A stretch of 64,000 bases of DNA from Isurus oxyrinchus (taxonomy: Eukaryota). Made by a program: the position numbers and the translations under genes. Positions 37,548 through 51,524 of this stretch are shown here, in pieces. The stretch spans positions 248,001 to 312,000 of the forward strand of contig JANJGN010000075.1 in assembly GCA_026770705.1 (NCBI GenBank), read 5' to 3'. The notes below the pieces were generated by a model. That model had not been told where the DNA came from, ran no database searches, and saw only the letters and a program-made list of their open reading frames with translations. Numbering within the stretch: position 1 is the stretch's first letter; each line of letters opens with the position of its first letter.

Positions 37548-40129
37548 TCGAAGGTGAAGCTCTGCCTTGAACCCTTTCAGTGCCTGCACTGAAACATGAG
37601 CACATAATGCTGTGGGTTCCTGCAGGGCGGCCCACGTATATCGCCTCTTGGGAGTAAGCACCTTCAGGAGACATAGAGACAAATGGGAGAAGGGATGTCG
37701 TTAAAGTCCGTGAGAACACCCCGCCGCTCCCCGTCCTAACCGCGCCCAAGGGAAAAGCATGTCCCGCTTTCTTTGAACCTGCACTTCTGCAAGTTAAAAA
37801 TACTGATTTCGACAATACAGCCTTTGTTGTTGGCACTGTTGCTGCATCGCTGACCATTTTCCACTTTTCTGATTCCTTTTCAAAACTGAAACTGAATTTG
37901 AGGCGCTTTTCGATATTTGTGGTTGAATTTGAGACTAAAGCCTGGACGCCTCAAGATTGCTGGAGAGCACACATCTTAAAATTATACAGCAAATGACATG
38001 TATTTCAAAGACAGTGTGTCAGATATCTTTCATCCCAGGGGCAATCCCACACTGGAATAAACTGTCAAAGGAAATAGTCACAGCTCCCCCACTTGGAAAC
38101 CTCAAGATCTATCTTCAGTAAATTTTCAGTGTAAAATTTTCATTATCAGTATTACCATTTCAGAAAGACATGCCTTCTTTTGCTACTTCTATCTGTACAA
38201 ATGTTGGGGGACTATGGAACTTTTCCATTACTCTGTGATGTGAGGGCACGTAAAGCAGAAACATGATTCAGGCTGAGTGGAATTTTCAGAAATTCTGTGC
38301 ACTCCACTACCCCTTTCAGTCTGCTGGAGTTCAACCTTTTACTGAAATCTAGATCTGCACTGTGGATGGACGTTAATGTCCTCAAACTGTGTTCCAGCTC
38401 CCTTGATGCTCAGAGTTAATCTCTGAATCTCCTCATTTCCAACCATCCGTTTGCAAAAATGAAGCATGGTGTGCTTGGAAACTCCATTCTCTATTCAATT
38501 TTTGCCCGAATTGTTCATCGTTCTTTATAGCTTAGGAGGCCATGAGGGGAATTATAAAATATTTCAACTGATGCCACATGTCTAGTAAACGAGAAGAAAT
38601 TCTATTGATTCTACTTCAATGTTGTGGCCTAATAGTAATTAACTTGTGAGCGTCGATTGGTGTCATAGCTGAAGGACTCTTGCAGTATATTTTAATTCAA
38701 TTTGGTTATGCACGTCCATGGTTCTCATGCACTGTTCTTCTCACTTGCCCGATTTCCATTAAGAGGAGATGCTGCCGCGACCAATCAGCCCACATCTCCG
38801 AGACAACTGATGGAAGCCAAATGTCGTGACACAACCACTGAATATTTCCTCCAAGCAGGGGAGCGAGCATGCTCTGTTGGAATGTAAAGTTCCTCCAGAA
38901 TCACCACTGACTTCAGGTCAAACAACCCACTCTGTGTCTGGAGACAACAATGAACAAAAGGCTGGAGGAGTAGTTTGAGTAGGCGTGGGTTTGCATTTGT
39001 GAATCAGCGTCCTCGGGACGATAAGATCAAACTGAGGGGGAGAATATTTTCCATCAGCTGGAAGCATTGTAATACATTTATTTTGAGAGATCCGTTTGCT
39101 TCTGAGTCACTGACCTTACTGCCAGTAGCTCATTTCCTCTTTCTTTGTAGTGAAGCTCCCTCGAGTTGAAACCACTGACTTCCTCTATGATGCTAAGTGC
39201 TGTTACTATCCCCTGTAACACAGATCATTATCAGCATCTTTGCTGATTTTTCTATCTCGTTGCCTTCCTGTCATCAAATTCTAGGTGTTTTGTGATATTC
39301 TGCAGCGTGTGTATGTTGTTGGTATGTCTCTAGTGGAGTATTCAGTCAGCCTTCAGGTCTGGGTCTTTCCATTAACTCCACTTCCTCGTTCACCCAGCTA
39401 CGTAGGAGCATAACACTGAGATATGGATCTGCAGAATGAGCGGAGACTAATATCGCTCAAGGAAAACAGGACTTCAGCTTTCTCCTATCCTTAGAATCCA
39501 TCTCTCAATCTCCATCTTTAAAAACCCAAAATGCCACCATCAACAGCTCATCCATTCCAGAATGGAACTCCAGCACTTGCAGTAGAAAATCTGTTTCGTG
39601 ATTTCAAAAGAAGTTCCATATATGAGCATATATTCCACCCAGCTGTTTTCAACCGTCCTTCAGTCAAGGGTTCACTCAGTCCAAAATGTATGTGATTTTT
39701 AAAAATTCGTTTTGTAAACTACGAATCTTCTGGAAATAACGTCTAAGAGTGAATAATTTGATTGGCCTTTCAAAGACACATTCATGGCTGGCTTATCTGT
39801 ATTTCAAAGGAACATGGAAGCAGGAAGAGGCCATTCAGCTGCATTGCCTTTCAATTAGTTTATGGCTGATCCTCTACCACACCGCCATTTTCGTCCACTA
39901 TCTACATAACGTTTGCATCTTCTGAACCACTCAAACTATCGATGTCTGTTTAAAGATGCTCAATGAATGAACCTCCTCAGCCGTCTGGGGTAGAGAATTA
40001 CAAAGAGTCACCCTCCTCTGGGTGAATAAATTCCTCCTTATCCATGTCCAAAAGAACCCGCCACCCACCCCAACTTAGGGGGAGGGGTGCAGGCAATGAG
40101 GCCTGTGGCAAGCCATTTTAATATTCGTT

Positions 40130-40445
40130 TCCTGCTCGGTCAGCATTTATAGCTCATCCTTATTTGCCCTTGTTCAGAGGGCATTTAAGAGTCAACTACA
40201 CCATTACGGATCTGCAGTCTCATGTCGGCCGGACAAGGTGAGGACTACAGATTTCCGTCCCTGAATGACATTAATGTACCAGGTGTATTTTTCCTACATG
40301 GTTTCATTTTCATCATTACACTTCCAACTACCGATTTACAATGAATTGAACTTTCACAATTTGCCATGATGGGAATGGAACCAGGGTCCACAAAGCATTA
40401 TCCTGGGTTTGTGCATTACTAGTCCAGTGACAATACAGCGCCCCC
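40130..40445 (-). mobile_element. tRNA-headed SINE
   Basis: Reverse strand starts with ggcgctgtattgtcactggactagtaatgcac...ggttccattcccatcatggca (A/B-box-like head); body homologous to 12405-12665. Confidence 0.65.
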
Positions 40446-41651
40446 ACTCCCCCCCACAAATCACTGCGTGTATAGCTGGAATGATCCGTTCAATTCTACT
40501 TTCTATTTTCTATCTGAAAACGTTTCTCAATTCATGCCAATTTATTAACCCAATGCCATTCGCACTGTTTTTTGTCCAGAATATATTGTTTTGGAGCTTG
40601 TCAAAAGCCGTGTGAAAAATCAGATGCAACACACTCAGGGGTTCTCCTTTATCGATCCTTCAAGTTACACCACTTACTAATCTCCAGCAATGTTGTCAAA
40701 CATGATTTCTCTCTCATAATTCCACCTTGGCTCCGCACAACATTGGAGGTCTGCAGAGAGGTCTCGAATTTTACGGCCCTATCGTTGTTGAAGTTAGAGA
40801 ATTTCATTAATTAAAAAGGTTAACCCATATCAAAAGATTAGAACAATGCGTTTCCATTTCATACTTTAATGCCATTCGTTCGGTTGCATCTGCTGCATTC
40901 CACTGTTCCCTTGCTCCCCACTTTTAGTCTCCTGGGCGTTCTCTCTTCCCTTAAACCTGATGCTCAGGCTTGAGAATATGAGTCCCCTGTCCTGACATAC
41001 ATATCCATCGTGGGGTTAGTTTTGCAGCCTTCCATGCCTTCATTCTCAGTGAACAGCTGGCAAGCTCCACTGCCTCTCAGACGTTAAACCAGCTGAAATA
41101 ATGACTTTCCAGTCGATTCTGGTGCGTTCATACCTTCACAGAACTGCATTGTGCCTGACATTACCCTTCAATTTAACCAATTGTGTTAGTGCAATGTCCC
41201 CAAAATGCATCCAGACATTGGGATGCTGGAAGTTGCTTGTAAAATATTGAATAAATGTCTGCGTTTAACAGACTTGAAATCAGTTTTGATGATAATGGAT
41301 GCCTGTGAATGAGCAGCTGCTGCTGTTGCCCTCAGAAAGGTGGCACTCTTAGAACGGATCAATTAAATTTAAGTTTGAATTCATCTCAAAATATGTTCAC
41401 AATATATTTCTATTCAGTGTGTTCAAACAGGATCGTCACTCTGATGTACTGTTCTTGCTGTGAGGGTTAGATTTCACTTGATCAGAAGTGAAGGGCTCCG
41501 AAGCTGAAAGCAGAGGTTTCAAGTTTTCTGTCACTACACCCCTAAAATCCATTGAAATAATTTGCATTTACAGCAAAGAAACAAACCATGCAGCTCGAAA
41601 GTGGCATGTTGTTCATGATACTCCACACCATCCTCTTACACTCACCCAATT

Positions 41652-41775
41652 GGTCTGAAGAAGGTTCATACGGACCCGAAACTTTAACTCTGTTTTACAC
41701 TCCACAGGTCTGCTGAGTTTTTCCAGAATTTACTATTTTTGTTTCAGATTTCCAGCATCCACAGTATTTTGCTTT
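41652..41775 (+). mobile_element. Older Penelope terminal fragment with canonical-core hammerhead motif
   Basis: ctgaaga-a-ggttc-atacg-gaccc-gaaac-ttta, followed by ctgctgagtttttccag...tttttgtttcagatttccagcatcc. Confidence 0.75.
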
Positions 41776-43469
41776 AATCCTCCTCCCATCCTGGTTTTCC
41801 AACATTCTCACCACTTCCTCGTTATGTTTTTCTCCCACCTGTTTCCCAACAACTTCCCTTAAAAGGCATCAATTCTGTTGGCCTCAACAGCTCCATAATG
41901 TGCCATGTTCCCTATTCTGTCCACTCCCTGGTTCAAGAGATATCTCCTGAATTTCACATTGCATATGTTGAAGTACTTTCTGATCTTTCAGATTTATAGC
42001 GAGATGCTGGTGCGTCTGTGACATGACTTGGAAAATAGTGAATTTATCCTTTGGAAAAGGGAGTCAGTTGGTAGCCTGGTTAGCCCTGGATGTCCTATGT
42101 GACTACCAATCAGTTCAATGCTCCAAAGACACAGAAACGGAACATCGGACAGGTGTTAGGACACAGCTGCTGATTATTCTGTGATATTTGCTCCGTGCTG
42201 TGAAGTGGGAATGCACGGAAGGAGGGTGAGGATCAAAGAGTTAGGAAACGTTCGAAAGGCCTGTAGGCCTCTGTCACCACTATGGTCCCCTGGCCAAGTC
42301 ATCAAATCAATTTCTGCTTTCAATCTGGTTCAGATAACGTGGTGGGTAATTCAGCGTGGGCGGATTTCATTCAGCAATGAGCATCATCGGATTATTTGGA
42401 AAGTTAAATTCGAGGAAAACAATTGATCACAAGTAGGGCATATTCTGATACATTTATTTTGAGGTATTCTGTCACTTTAAACTCATTGTCATCACCGACA
42501 GTGACTATGTTCCTGATTCTTTGAACTGAAGCTCCTCCAAGTTGAAACCACTCCCTTCCACTCTAACGCCTCAGTGTTATTAGTATCATCTTAAATAATG
42601 AACACTTTCAGAATGTTTGCTCATTTTGCAGTCAAGTTCCCAGTTTTCAGCTTGTTTGAATATACTTTGGGTTAATAGTGAGCCGGTGTCTATACTGCCG
42701 GTACTACTAAAGACTTCCAATGAATAATTCAGGCAGCGTTTCCATTTGGAAACTTGAATTAACTCTACTTCCTCATTCAGTCTGCTGAGGCTGAGCACAT
42801 CACTGAGACAGAGCTCTGCAGGGTGGGCGGAGGTTCATGACCAACAGTGCTTCGGTCTATTTTTGTGTGCAGAATTCAACTCTGAATCACCATATTCCAT
42901 TGTTTCAATTCCACTGTCAATAGCTCAATCTGTTCAATATTGGAGCTCTGCCGCTGGAACTCGCAGGGCGTTTCTTGGTCTGGACGCATGTGGGGATCTG
43001 TAATGATGCTCAGTGTTTGCTCACATATACCACCCAGCAGCCCCCTTTGACTGTCACTGAAGCTTTCATTCAGTCAGTAAATGAATATTTTGTCGATTGT
43101 TAAAACTTATTTCAATTGAGATCTGTCACTGGGCCAAAGGTGATACATTGGTGATCGCCATTGATTGTTGATCATATTTTCAAATGGACACCCAAAAAAG
43201 CAAATCTGATTTCCCTCATATAAACATTATACCAGAGGAGGTCATGAGGCCCATATTTTCGTTTCTGCATTGTTAAGTGCTGTCAAATACGGTCCAATAT
43301 CCCAATTTTATTTTTGCAAAGATACAAATTAGTACTAGTGAAACACATGTGCATCTTAGTAAAGTTCATATGGAAATATCTTGCGACAGAATTCTTTTGT
43401 TCCTCTCACAACGTTAACCATTCCTTCCATTTCTAAGGCCAGATGTAAGTACATTAGATAAATAGCTCA

Positions 43470-45000
43470 ATATAAATAGGAGCAGGAATAGTGCATTCAG
43501 CCTTCGAGCCTGCTCCACCATTCAGTGAGAAAGTGGCTGATCAAATTATGGCCTTCAGTCTACTTCTCACATACATCATGATGTCCTGGGAGACCTCAGG
43601 CTTGAAGACATTAATTGCCCAAGCCTCCACTACTCTCTGATGAAGATAACTCCAGGGGAAACAAATTCCTCATAGACTACGTTTAACTGGGAGAATCTTT
43701 CTTTGTAAACTGTACCCCCTAGCTCTCTGTCCCCCTACATATGAACGTTTTGTTAGTACCTCAGCTGTAAAACACACAGTGCCTTGTATGCTTCCATGCG
43801 ATCATCCCCCATGTTTCTAAGCACGATAGAGAATAGGCCCATTCTACTCAGCTTTTGCTGAAGGAAATCTCCTTGGCCCAGCTATCAAGGGAAGTTGCGT
43901 GAGCTGCTCCTATGCAAGCAGATGCTTCCTTACATTAGGAGATCTATATTGTAGACAATACTCTTGTTGTGGCCTCACGAATGCTCTGTACATTTGCAGC
44001 GAGATTCGCTACATTTCAAGTCAATCTACTTTGCCCAAAACTGTCCATATTTCAAAGTCTTTCATCGGTCGTTTTGTACATTCATTATAATCCTCTGTGA
44101 TTCATGTACAAGAGTACCCAGATCCCTCTCTACCAGGTTGTTTGCGGTTTTTCCTCATTGTAATCATTATTCTGTGTTTTTCAATTTTTTTCCACTAGGT
44201 GGAAAAGTTCACATTTTCCCAGGTCTTCTCCAAATGATATAATTGATGGCCAGTCACTCAGCTGCTTTTATGCTTTGCAGGCTCACTGCATCATCATCAC
44301 AACGTGCTTTCCTGCCTACCTTTGCATCCTTACAGACTGGGTTACAGTGCAGCCCCGGTCCATCAGTCAAGCATTCATATTGTTGGTAAATGCCAATCCT
44401 CTACACTTGGCCATATATCACTCAGAAGACCAAAAGCTCTTATTTTGTGCCACTTTTGTTAATGTAGCGAATTACGGTTTACAAATCCGAATGCACAACA
44501 TCTACAGTTTCCCATTTTTCCAGTCTGCTTGTTTCATCCTCAAAGAGCATCTACGTTTGCAAAACACGATCCCTCTTAAATCATCATGTTGACTCCTCCT
44601 GATTATCGTATCATTTTCTAAACACCCTGCTAGCAATTTCTTAATAATCAACTCTCCAAGGTTCCTTGATATTTCTTGTTTTCCTACTTTTTAGAATATG
44701 GCTTTTACAATTGCCATTTTCCAAGCAGCTGGGAACTTTCCAGAATCAAGGGGAGATTAGAGGATTTCAACCAATGCATCCACTATCACTGCTGTCCCAG
44801 CTTTTATGAGCCCAGGGTGCAGGCCATCAATTCGAGGAGACTTGTCAGTCTTTAGTTCCATTGGTGCTACCTATACTTATTCTCCAGTAATTGTGCTTGT
44901 TCTAGCTTCCTCCTTCTTGATTGCCTTCCATGACATTTCTTTGCCTTCTACTGCGGATACAGATTTTAAAATATGTGTTCAAAATATTTGCCATTTCCTT
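43470..45000 (-). mobile_element. Decayed CR1-clade LINE
   Basis: Starts with the reverse-complement tail ataggagcaggaatag..cattcagccttcgagcctgctccaccattc; body homologous to 3290-4570. Confidence 0.75.
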
Positions 45001-45789
45001 ATTTTCAATTAATAATTTTACAGCCTACCCATCTAAATGACCAATTCTCCCTTTGTATATTTAAAAATTCTCTTTTTAAAATTACCTTTGGAAGCCCTTT
45101 TTCCGTCTATTTCATACTGCTTTATGAGCCGTTAATCTTCAATCCGTTGGAATTATGTGCTATATCTCTGTGTTATGAGATTCAAAGACATTGTGTAGAT
45201 TATGTGGTATTGGTATTGGGAGTGGCTTTCATGAAATGATACGAATAAATGAGTGGAGGAAGATTCAGTATGTAACTCCACTAAATTTGGTGGCCTTTTA
45301 TCAAATAATTAATCAAAGCATTTAATATCGATTTCCAAAATGTATTTTCCGTCAATGTGTTTAAGCATGTCTGTCTCTGATCCACTGCATTTCCAGTCAA
45401 GTGTTAAATTGCTATTTGTCTGAGATAATGTGTTTCTGATATGAAACCATGTTTTCCGTTGCAAACACTTGCTGTCACTCTGATACTCAGCCGGGTACAT
45501 TATCAAGCACTTCACCTATTGGGATTTAATTTCCTTCCACTCTCTATTACGTTCATACAGAAAGTTTCATGTATATAACGGTTAGTAACCTGCTCTTTTC
45601 ATCCTTTAGTGTCTTGACTTGGTCACATCCTTGATGCTGAGATATAGATCTGTAAAGAGAGCGGTGTCTGCTGTACTTCAGTTCACATATTGCAACAGCT
45701 GCCATTTATGCTAAACATTTATCGTGTTACGTTCATTTCTTCCAATATAAAAGTCCGCTGTCAGTGCAGCAAGAGATTTCATAATGTTT

Positions 45790-46790
45790 CAAATGACTCA
45801 GACAGACAGAGAAGGACAGAAGTACAGACAGTGACAGACACACAATCAAAGACTGGCACACAGACAGAGACAGCACAAAGCCAGAGAGACGCACAGAGTC
45901 AGTTACACACATGCATAGACAGAGACAGAATCAGAAACAGAGGCGATGGCAGAGGCAAAGAGAGTGACTGGCAAAGAGTCAAGAAAGCTGCATCGACAGT
46001 TTCAGGCACACTGACGGAGACAGAGGCTCAGACCAAGACATACACAGACAGAGACACACACACAGACAGTAACAGAAACACACATAGTGACAGGCAAACA
46101 GTTAGTGACAGAAAGACAAACAGTTTCACATGAACCCAGTCGCAGACAAGCAAACAGTAACATGACATTGGCAGAGTCAGAGTCATAGTCAGCAAGAGCC
46201 ATATGGACTGTGAAAGGCACACGGAAAGAGGCATGCACTCAGGCAGGCACATAGACAGAGACAACAACACAGGCAAGGTACACAGGAGCAATGACAGGGG
46301 CAGACAGACACAGACAAACACATAAAGACAAACACGGACAAACACAATGACAGACACAGGTGCACAGACAGAGGTATAGAGACACAGACAGGGACAGGCA
46401 CACAGACAGAGACAGCCACACAAACAGTGACACAAATGAACAGACAAACATACACGGAGACATTGTCACTTACAGAAATAGGCACACAGACAGAAGCCAC
46501 TACACAGACATAGACAGATACAATGGCAGAGACAGACACAAAGATAGAGACTGTGATACAGACAGAGACACCCAGAGAAAAAGAGAAAAATACACGATTT
46601 GAGGCAGACACAAGAGACAAAGAAATGGAGATGGCCAGAGTGCGAGGCACACACAGACTGATGCAGATACAGAGGCAGAGGCAGACACACAGACAGAGAA
46701 ACTGACAGAGACAGACACACAGACTGAGTCAGATGCATAGAGTGAGACAAGCACCCAGACAGAAACAGTCACAGATGCTGAGACAATTGC
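45790..46790. repeat. Degenerate (GACA/CA/GA)n microsatellite
   Basis: Low-complexity cagacagagacacac run; source of overlapping spurious ORFs. Confidence 0.9.
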
Positions 46791-49739
46791 ATACCCTTAC
46801 CCACAGAGAAACATTTTTGACCTGGCCCTCGCTCATTGTTTAATTTCCCTCACATTTGCCGCTCTTTATACTGTGGGGTATCCATGGGAATGATGTGGCC
46901 TGAAGGTAAACGGCCGTTAATCAATCATGGAGAGATACAGGGAACTCTCCATGTTAAAACATCCGTCACACGCTACCTACGGAAGATCCACACTCCGAAC
47001 CCCCGGATTGGGATTGTAAAAGTGAAGACCCTCATCTCGATTACAATTTTGGACAATCTCCTTTATAAACGTTTAAATGGCCCAGAAATCCTTTCTAAAG
47101 TGGTTTGCTTAAATATGCCCACCATGACTCAGCTGCGGTATAACCGCTGATTCAATTATGCTTTTGAAATTCACCTCTTTCGTTTCTTCTCTTTGATATA
47201 TATTTTTTTAAAAGTACATAGCCAGTAAGTTTTTTTTTTAAATTCTTTCACTGATTCTTCAAATTCTCCTGCCCCTTGAAGGCTTCGTATTTGTGAACTC
47301 ACTTCTCAGTGTCAAATGTTAGGTAGTTGGTCTCCAGTTCCCTGCTTACTGTCTTCCTCCTCTCTGGAAAATAGAAGTTCCATTCCCAATTATCAAAGCA
47401 GCTGTTACATTTCAGAATCTAGGGAAATTTGCAAGATTCCAAGCAGTGCATCCTTCACAGTCATTGGGTCAAAATCCTGGAATTCCCTCCTTACAGTACT
47501 GTGGGTGTACCGCCGGCACATGAACTACAGTGTTTCAAAAGGGCAGCTCACTACCATCTGCTCAAGTGCAATTGGGGTTGGGCAATACATTCTGGACGAG
47601 CCCGCAACTTCAGCATACCATGAATCAATTAAAAATGTATATGTCGCAGCTGCTCCTTGTTTTAAGACACAAGGATGCAAGCCACAAGACTGCCGAAGCC
47701 TTGTCAGTCTTTTGCTGCACCAGCTTTTTCTCCACTGATTACGTTTGATTTATTTTAGACTTTCTTGATGTTCTACCATTGTTTAGATATCTCTATGTCA
47801 TCCACAGTAAATACAGATTTAAGCAAAGCTTATTCAAAAGTCAGTTAGTCATTTGATTCCCTTAATTAAATCGCCAGTCTCCCCCCCCCCTACCCCCCCC
47901 CCCCCCCCCCCCCCCACCCCCAACCCCCACTTCAGGGACGAATTATCACTTTGGCTGTTAACTTTCTTTTCGCATATTTAATGAAGGATTTTTGTCTGTC
48001 TGTGAATAGACTATGAAATGGCGCTCGAATCCTCAACTCGTTGCATAATGTAATTTGTCTGCGCTGCTTTGCGGAATGTTTCATAACTGATATGTATTTG
48101 AAGTACCTTACATTACCTTGTTTCAATAATTGAGTGCAGGATGATTCCGTCTGTTTGTCTGCAGCACTGGTGTTGTTTTATCACAGAAAAAAAATATTTA
48201 ATCTGTCCAAAGAATTTAGCAAACTTACTTACAATTTATTTTCATTCCATGTGTTTCAAGACGTGTCTGTCCCTGATCTATTGTTCCTACTATCAAGGGT
48301 TAAATTGCTTTGTTTCTGAGATGATGCGATTCTGCTGTAAAAAAACAAATGTTTCTGTTATAAAAACCCACATTCTACGTAAACTTCAGACAGTTACATA
48401 TCCAAATGTTTAATCTATTGATATTAAATTTTCTTTCACTATCCATTTCGTTGATATGCGAAATGCGATGCCTGTGACAGTCAGTAAACTTCTCTTGTTA
48501 ACGTCAATTAAAACATTTCTCGGCTCCCCTCATTCAGACGGCACCTTCTTTAGTCGGCTGGAGTTGGTCACATCATTGTAATAGAAGTCTGTATAGTGGC
48601 GGCGACTAACGTCCACATATAAATACATCGCAGCAGCTGCTATTTCTGCTCAAATTTTATCATGTACCTTCCCAATTTTTTTTTTTTTAATTTGAGAGGC
48701 TACTGGTAATGCATTAATTCATTCCTTACCGGTGCTCGCAGAAAGGGACAGAGGCTCAGACAGAGACAACAGGTAGACAGGGATAGGCACATACACAAAT
48801 TTAGTCACACAGATTCAGATACCACGATCAACATACAGGCATAAATACAGAAATAGAGGCACGTGTAGAGACAGACACACCGTTAGAGCCTTTCACATGG
48901 ACATAGACAAACATAGAGAGAGATTCAACCACAGACATACGGAGAGATAAACTCTCACAGGCAGAGAAAGGCACAAAGAGACAGACATAGAGAGAGACGC
49001 ATACGCACAAAGTGAGAGAGGCACACAGACACACAGTGTCTGATAGACAGGCAAAGAAGGTTATACAAAGTTTATTTAACCGCAGAGAAAATGTTAAGAT
49101 TCTCGAGGCCCTGGCGCACTGTTTCTTCAATGTGAGCTCAGTGGCATCTTGTGACAGCTGAATCTTGAATGTAAATGGCAAATGATGAGAATCGAGAGAT
49201 AGAGACGGGACTGAATTTGAAGACATTGATCTCCCTGATCTTGCGTCCTTCTCCCAAGCCAGCCTGAGTGGGATCGGAATGCCAGAGAAATCAGGACCTC
49301 ACTGCACATCCCCTCATCCCTCCAATGCCGCTTGTCAACATACACAGACAGCACCATGTTCCCCCAGATCCCCATTTGCTTGATTTTCAAATCGTTCGAA
49401 ATCTGGGGCATCTGCTTAACGACCCTCTCGCCAGTGGATACAATTTCCCCCTATTTAACCGATCAAACCCCTCGACGATTTTGAAACATCCAGCATGTGA
49501 TTCTCACGTGTCGGTGCAGAATCAATTGGCCGAAGGGCCGTTTCTGCACTGTGTGATTCTATTATTCTGTGATGTGTCCTCATAGCTTTCTCTGTTCTTT
49601 ATCAGTCTGTGTGTCTGTTTCAGTCCGTGTGCCTGAGTCTATGTGTTCCGGTATTGAATTTCGCGCAATTAGGAGAGCGATCCCATCTTTTTTTATCTCT
49701 CCATATAACTGATGCCCGTTATTTCCTGGAACAAATGTG

Positions 49740-50200
49740 TCCAATCAACTTTCCACACTTTCTAAGTCTTTGACATCCTCCCTAAAGTTCATGCCAGATT
49801 GGAGATAATATCCCAGATGAGGCCTAGCCGATGATTTATGTCTTTTTTGAGAATCACTTCCTTCCTTTTGTATTTTTGGCGCTTATGTTTCAAACTACAA
49901 TTCCTGTAAGTTTTTTTTTTGCCGAGAGAGTTCCAAAGACTCACGACCCACTCAGAAGAAAAAAAAAATCGCCTCATCTCCGTTTTAAATGGGCTAACTC
50001 TTATTTTTAAACTTTGACCTCTAGTCCATGATTGTCTCACAAGGGGAATCATCCTCTCCACATCCATGCTTTCAAGAGTCCTCAGAATCTTATATGTTTC
50101 AATCAAGTCTTTCTAACTCTTCTGAAATCCTTTGGTTAAATGAATGGATTGTCCAACCTTTCCTGGTATCAGTCTGGTAATCCTTCTCTGAACTGCTTCC
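49740..50200 (-). mobile_element. CR1-clade LINE fragments
   Basis: ORF 49789..50106: IETYKIL...SWTRGQSLKIR..PFKTEMRRFFFS..VVSLWNSL. Confidence 0.85.
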
Positions 50201-51029
50201 AACCTGTTTCCGCTGTCTTATAATATTGGAGCATGTGAACTCCATTCCTGCACACTTTGGAATACTTTCACAATTTTATTCAGCTTGTCTTTTCTCCTGT
50301 GTCCTCTCTAATGCAGCAACTCACACTTCTCTTAATGAAACCTCATCTGCATTTCATCAGGCCGCCCATGTCTCTTCAAATCTCCTTCTGTGGCCTTCAC
50401 TGTTAACTAAAATTTCAATGTCACTACAATTTCAGTTGCGCCAGAAGTTGACATGTTCAGCATCGAAAATACAGACCAGGAAACTGAATAGGATATAGGA
50501 AAATGATTAGGCCATTCAGCACTTAAAGCTTGTGACATAATTTAATTAGATCATAGCAAAAGTCAGGTGGAAGCGTTGGTGTAATTACTTGATCCGTGAT
50601 TCTGGTTGTTGTGTTCGGAAACAGGGGTTCAAATCACCATGCAGGCAGTGGTGCTGCTTTTTAATAAATCATTTACAATGACCAAGCAGATGTTGTCAAA
50701 TCGGGAAAAAATCTGACCTGGGCCCAGGCACCCAACAATGTCTTTACTTTTTAAAAGTTTTCAAGCACAATTGGATCCTAAATAATTTTCCAGCCAATGA
50801 TGTCCTCATTCCATTAACAAACGTAAAACAAGTAAGCCCCACATGTAGCCTTTGATCCATATCAAATTATATTAAAATTTGTAAAAAAAAAAGCATTGTC
50901 CTCACATATTACAGAAGATAGTTCCAACTTTATTCCGCCCTATATTCAAAGGTTTACTCCTGAAGGCTCTGGACCTATTGCCTTGCCTGTCCATTCCAGT
51001 CCCATGCTGCAGTTGAGTGGGTAGAGTGG

Positions 51030-51430
51030 AAATGCTAGGCTTGTTCTACTGAGAGCAGAAACAAAGTTTGAGGCGAGATTTGATGATGTTGAAAATTACA
51101 ATTCTTTTTGACGGAATGCATAAGAAAAAATTGTTTCCAGTGGTGAAAGAGTCGGTAACCAGAGGGCACACAGTTGAACATGATTGGCAAAAGAACCAAA
51201 GGGGCCATGATGGGGACAACATTCTGCACTAACAGCGATGTGTTATGATCTGGAATGCACCTACTGAAATGGAATTATGAACCTTTGAAAGATGATTGGA
51301 CAATTGCCTGTGCAGAGGGCAGAAAACATGTATATTAGGAATAGGGATTAATTGCAAAGCTCTACAAACAGGCTGGAAAGTGTACAATAAGAGGAAGGGC
51401 CTTCTCTGTACTGCATTGCATCATTCTCTG
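51030..51430 (+). mobile_element. CR1-clade LINE 3' fragment
   Basis: ctaggcttgttc...gaggcgagatttgat...gtaaccagagggcacacag...tggaatgcac. Confidence 0.7.
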
Positions 51431-51491
51431 ATTCCAGGGTAAAGGCAAGGTATTAGTCTGCATTTAATCAATTCATATTCTCTCATTTCAG

Positions 51492-51524
51492 TGGCTTTTG
51501 CTGTTCAGCGGAGCGCATCTCAAT
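51492..51524 (+). CDS. 33-nt mini-exon encoding second half of the signal peptide of an LRC-type Ig receptor gene
   Basis: tctcatttcag|TGGCTTTTGCTGTTCAGCGGAGCGCATCTCAAT|gtaagt: good acceptor and consensus donor. Phase 1-1, reads (x)AFAVQRSASQ and joins in frame to the Ig exon at 54106. Confidence 0.7.

Larger units (their letters stand above)
35150..49225. repeat. Right arm of the inverted segmental duplication, with inserted LINEs and extra partial copies
   Basis: 35150-41500 mirrors about 2060-9550; 42470-43330 mirrors about 4600-5270; 45300-46800 and 47985-49225 mirror about 545-1915. Confidence 0.8.

Noticed and set aside
48141-48190. MIPSVCL... as first leader exon of the Ig gene
   Set aside because: Part of the duplicated block (inverse of about 1710-1750) with no suitable phase-1 donor.
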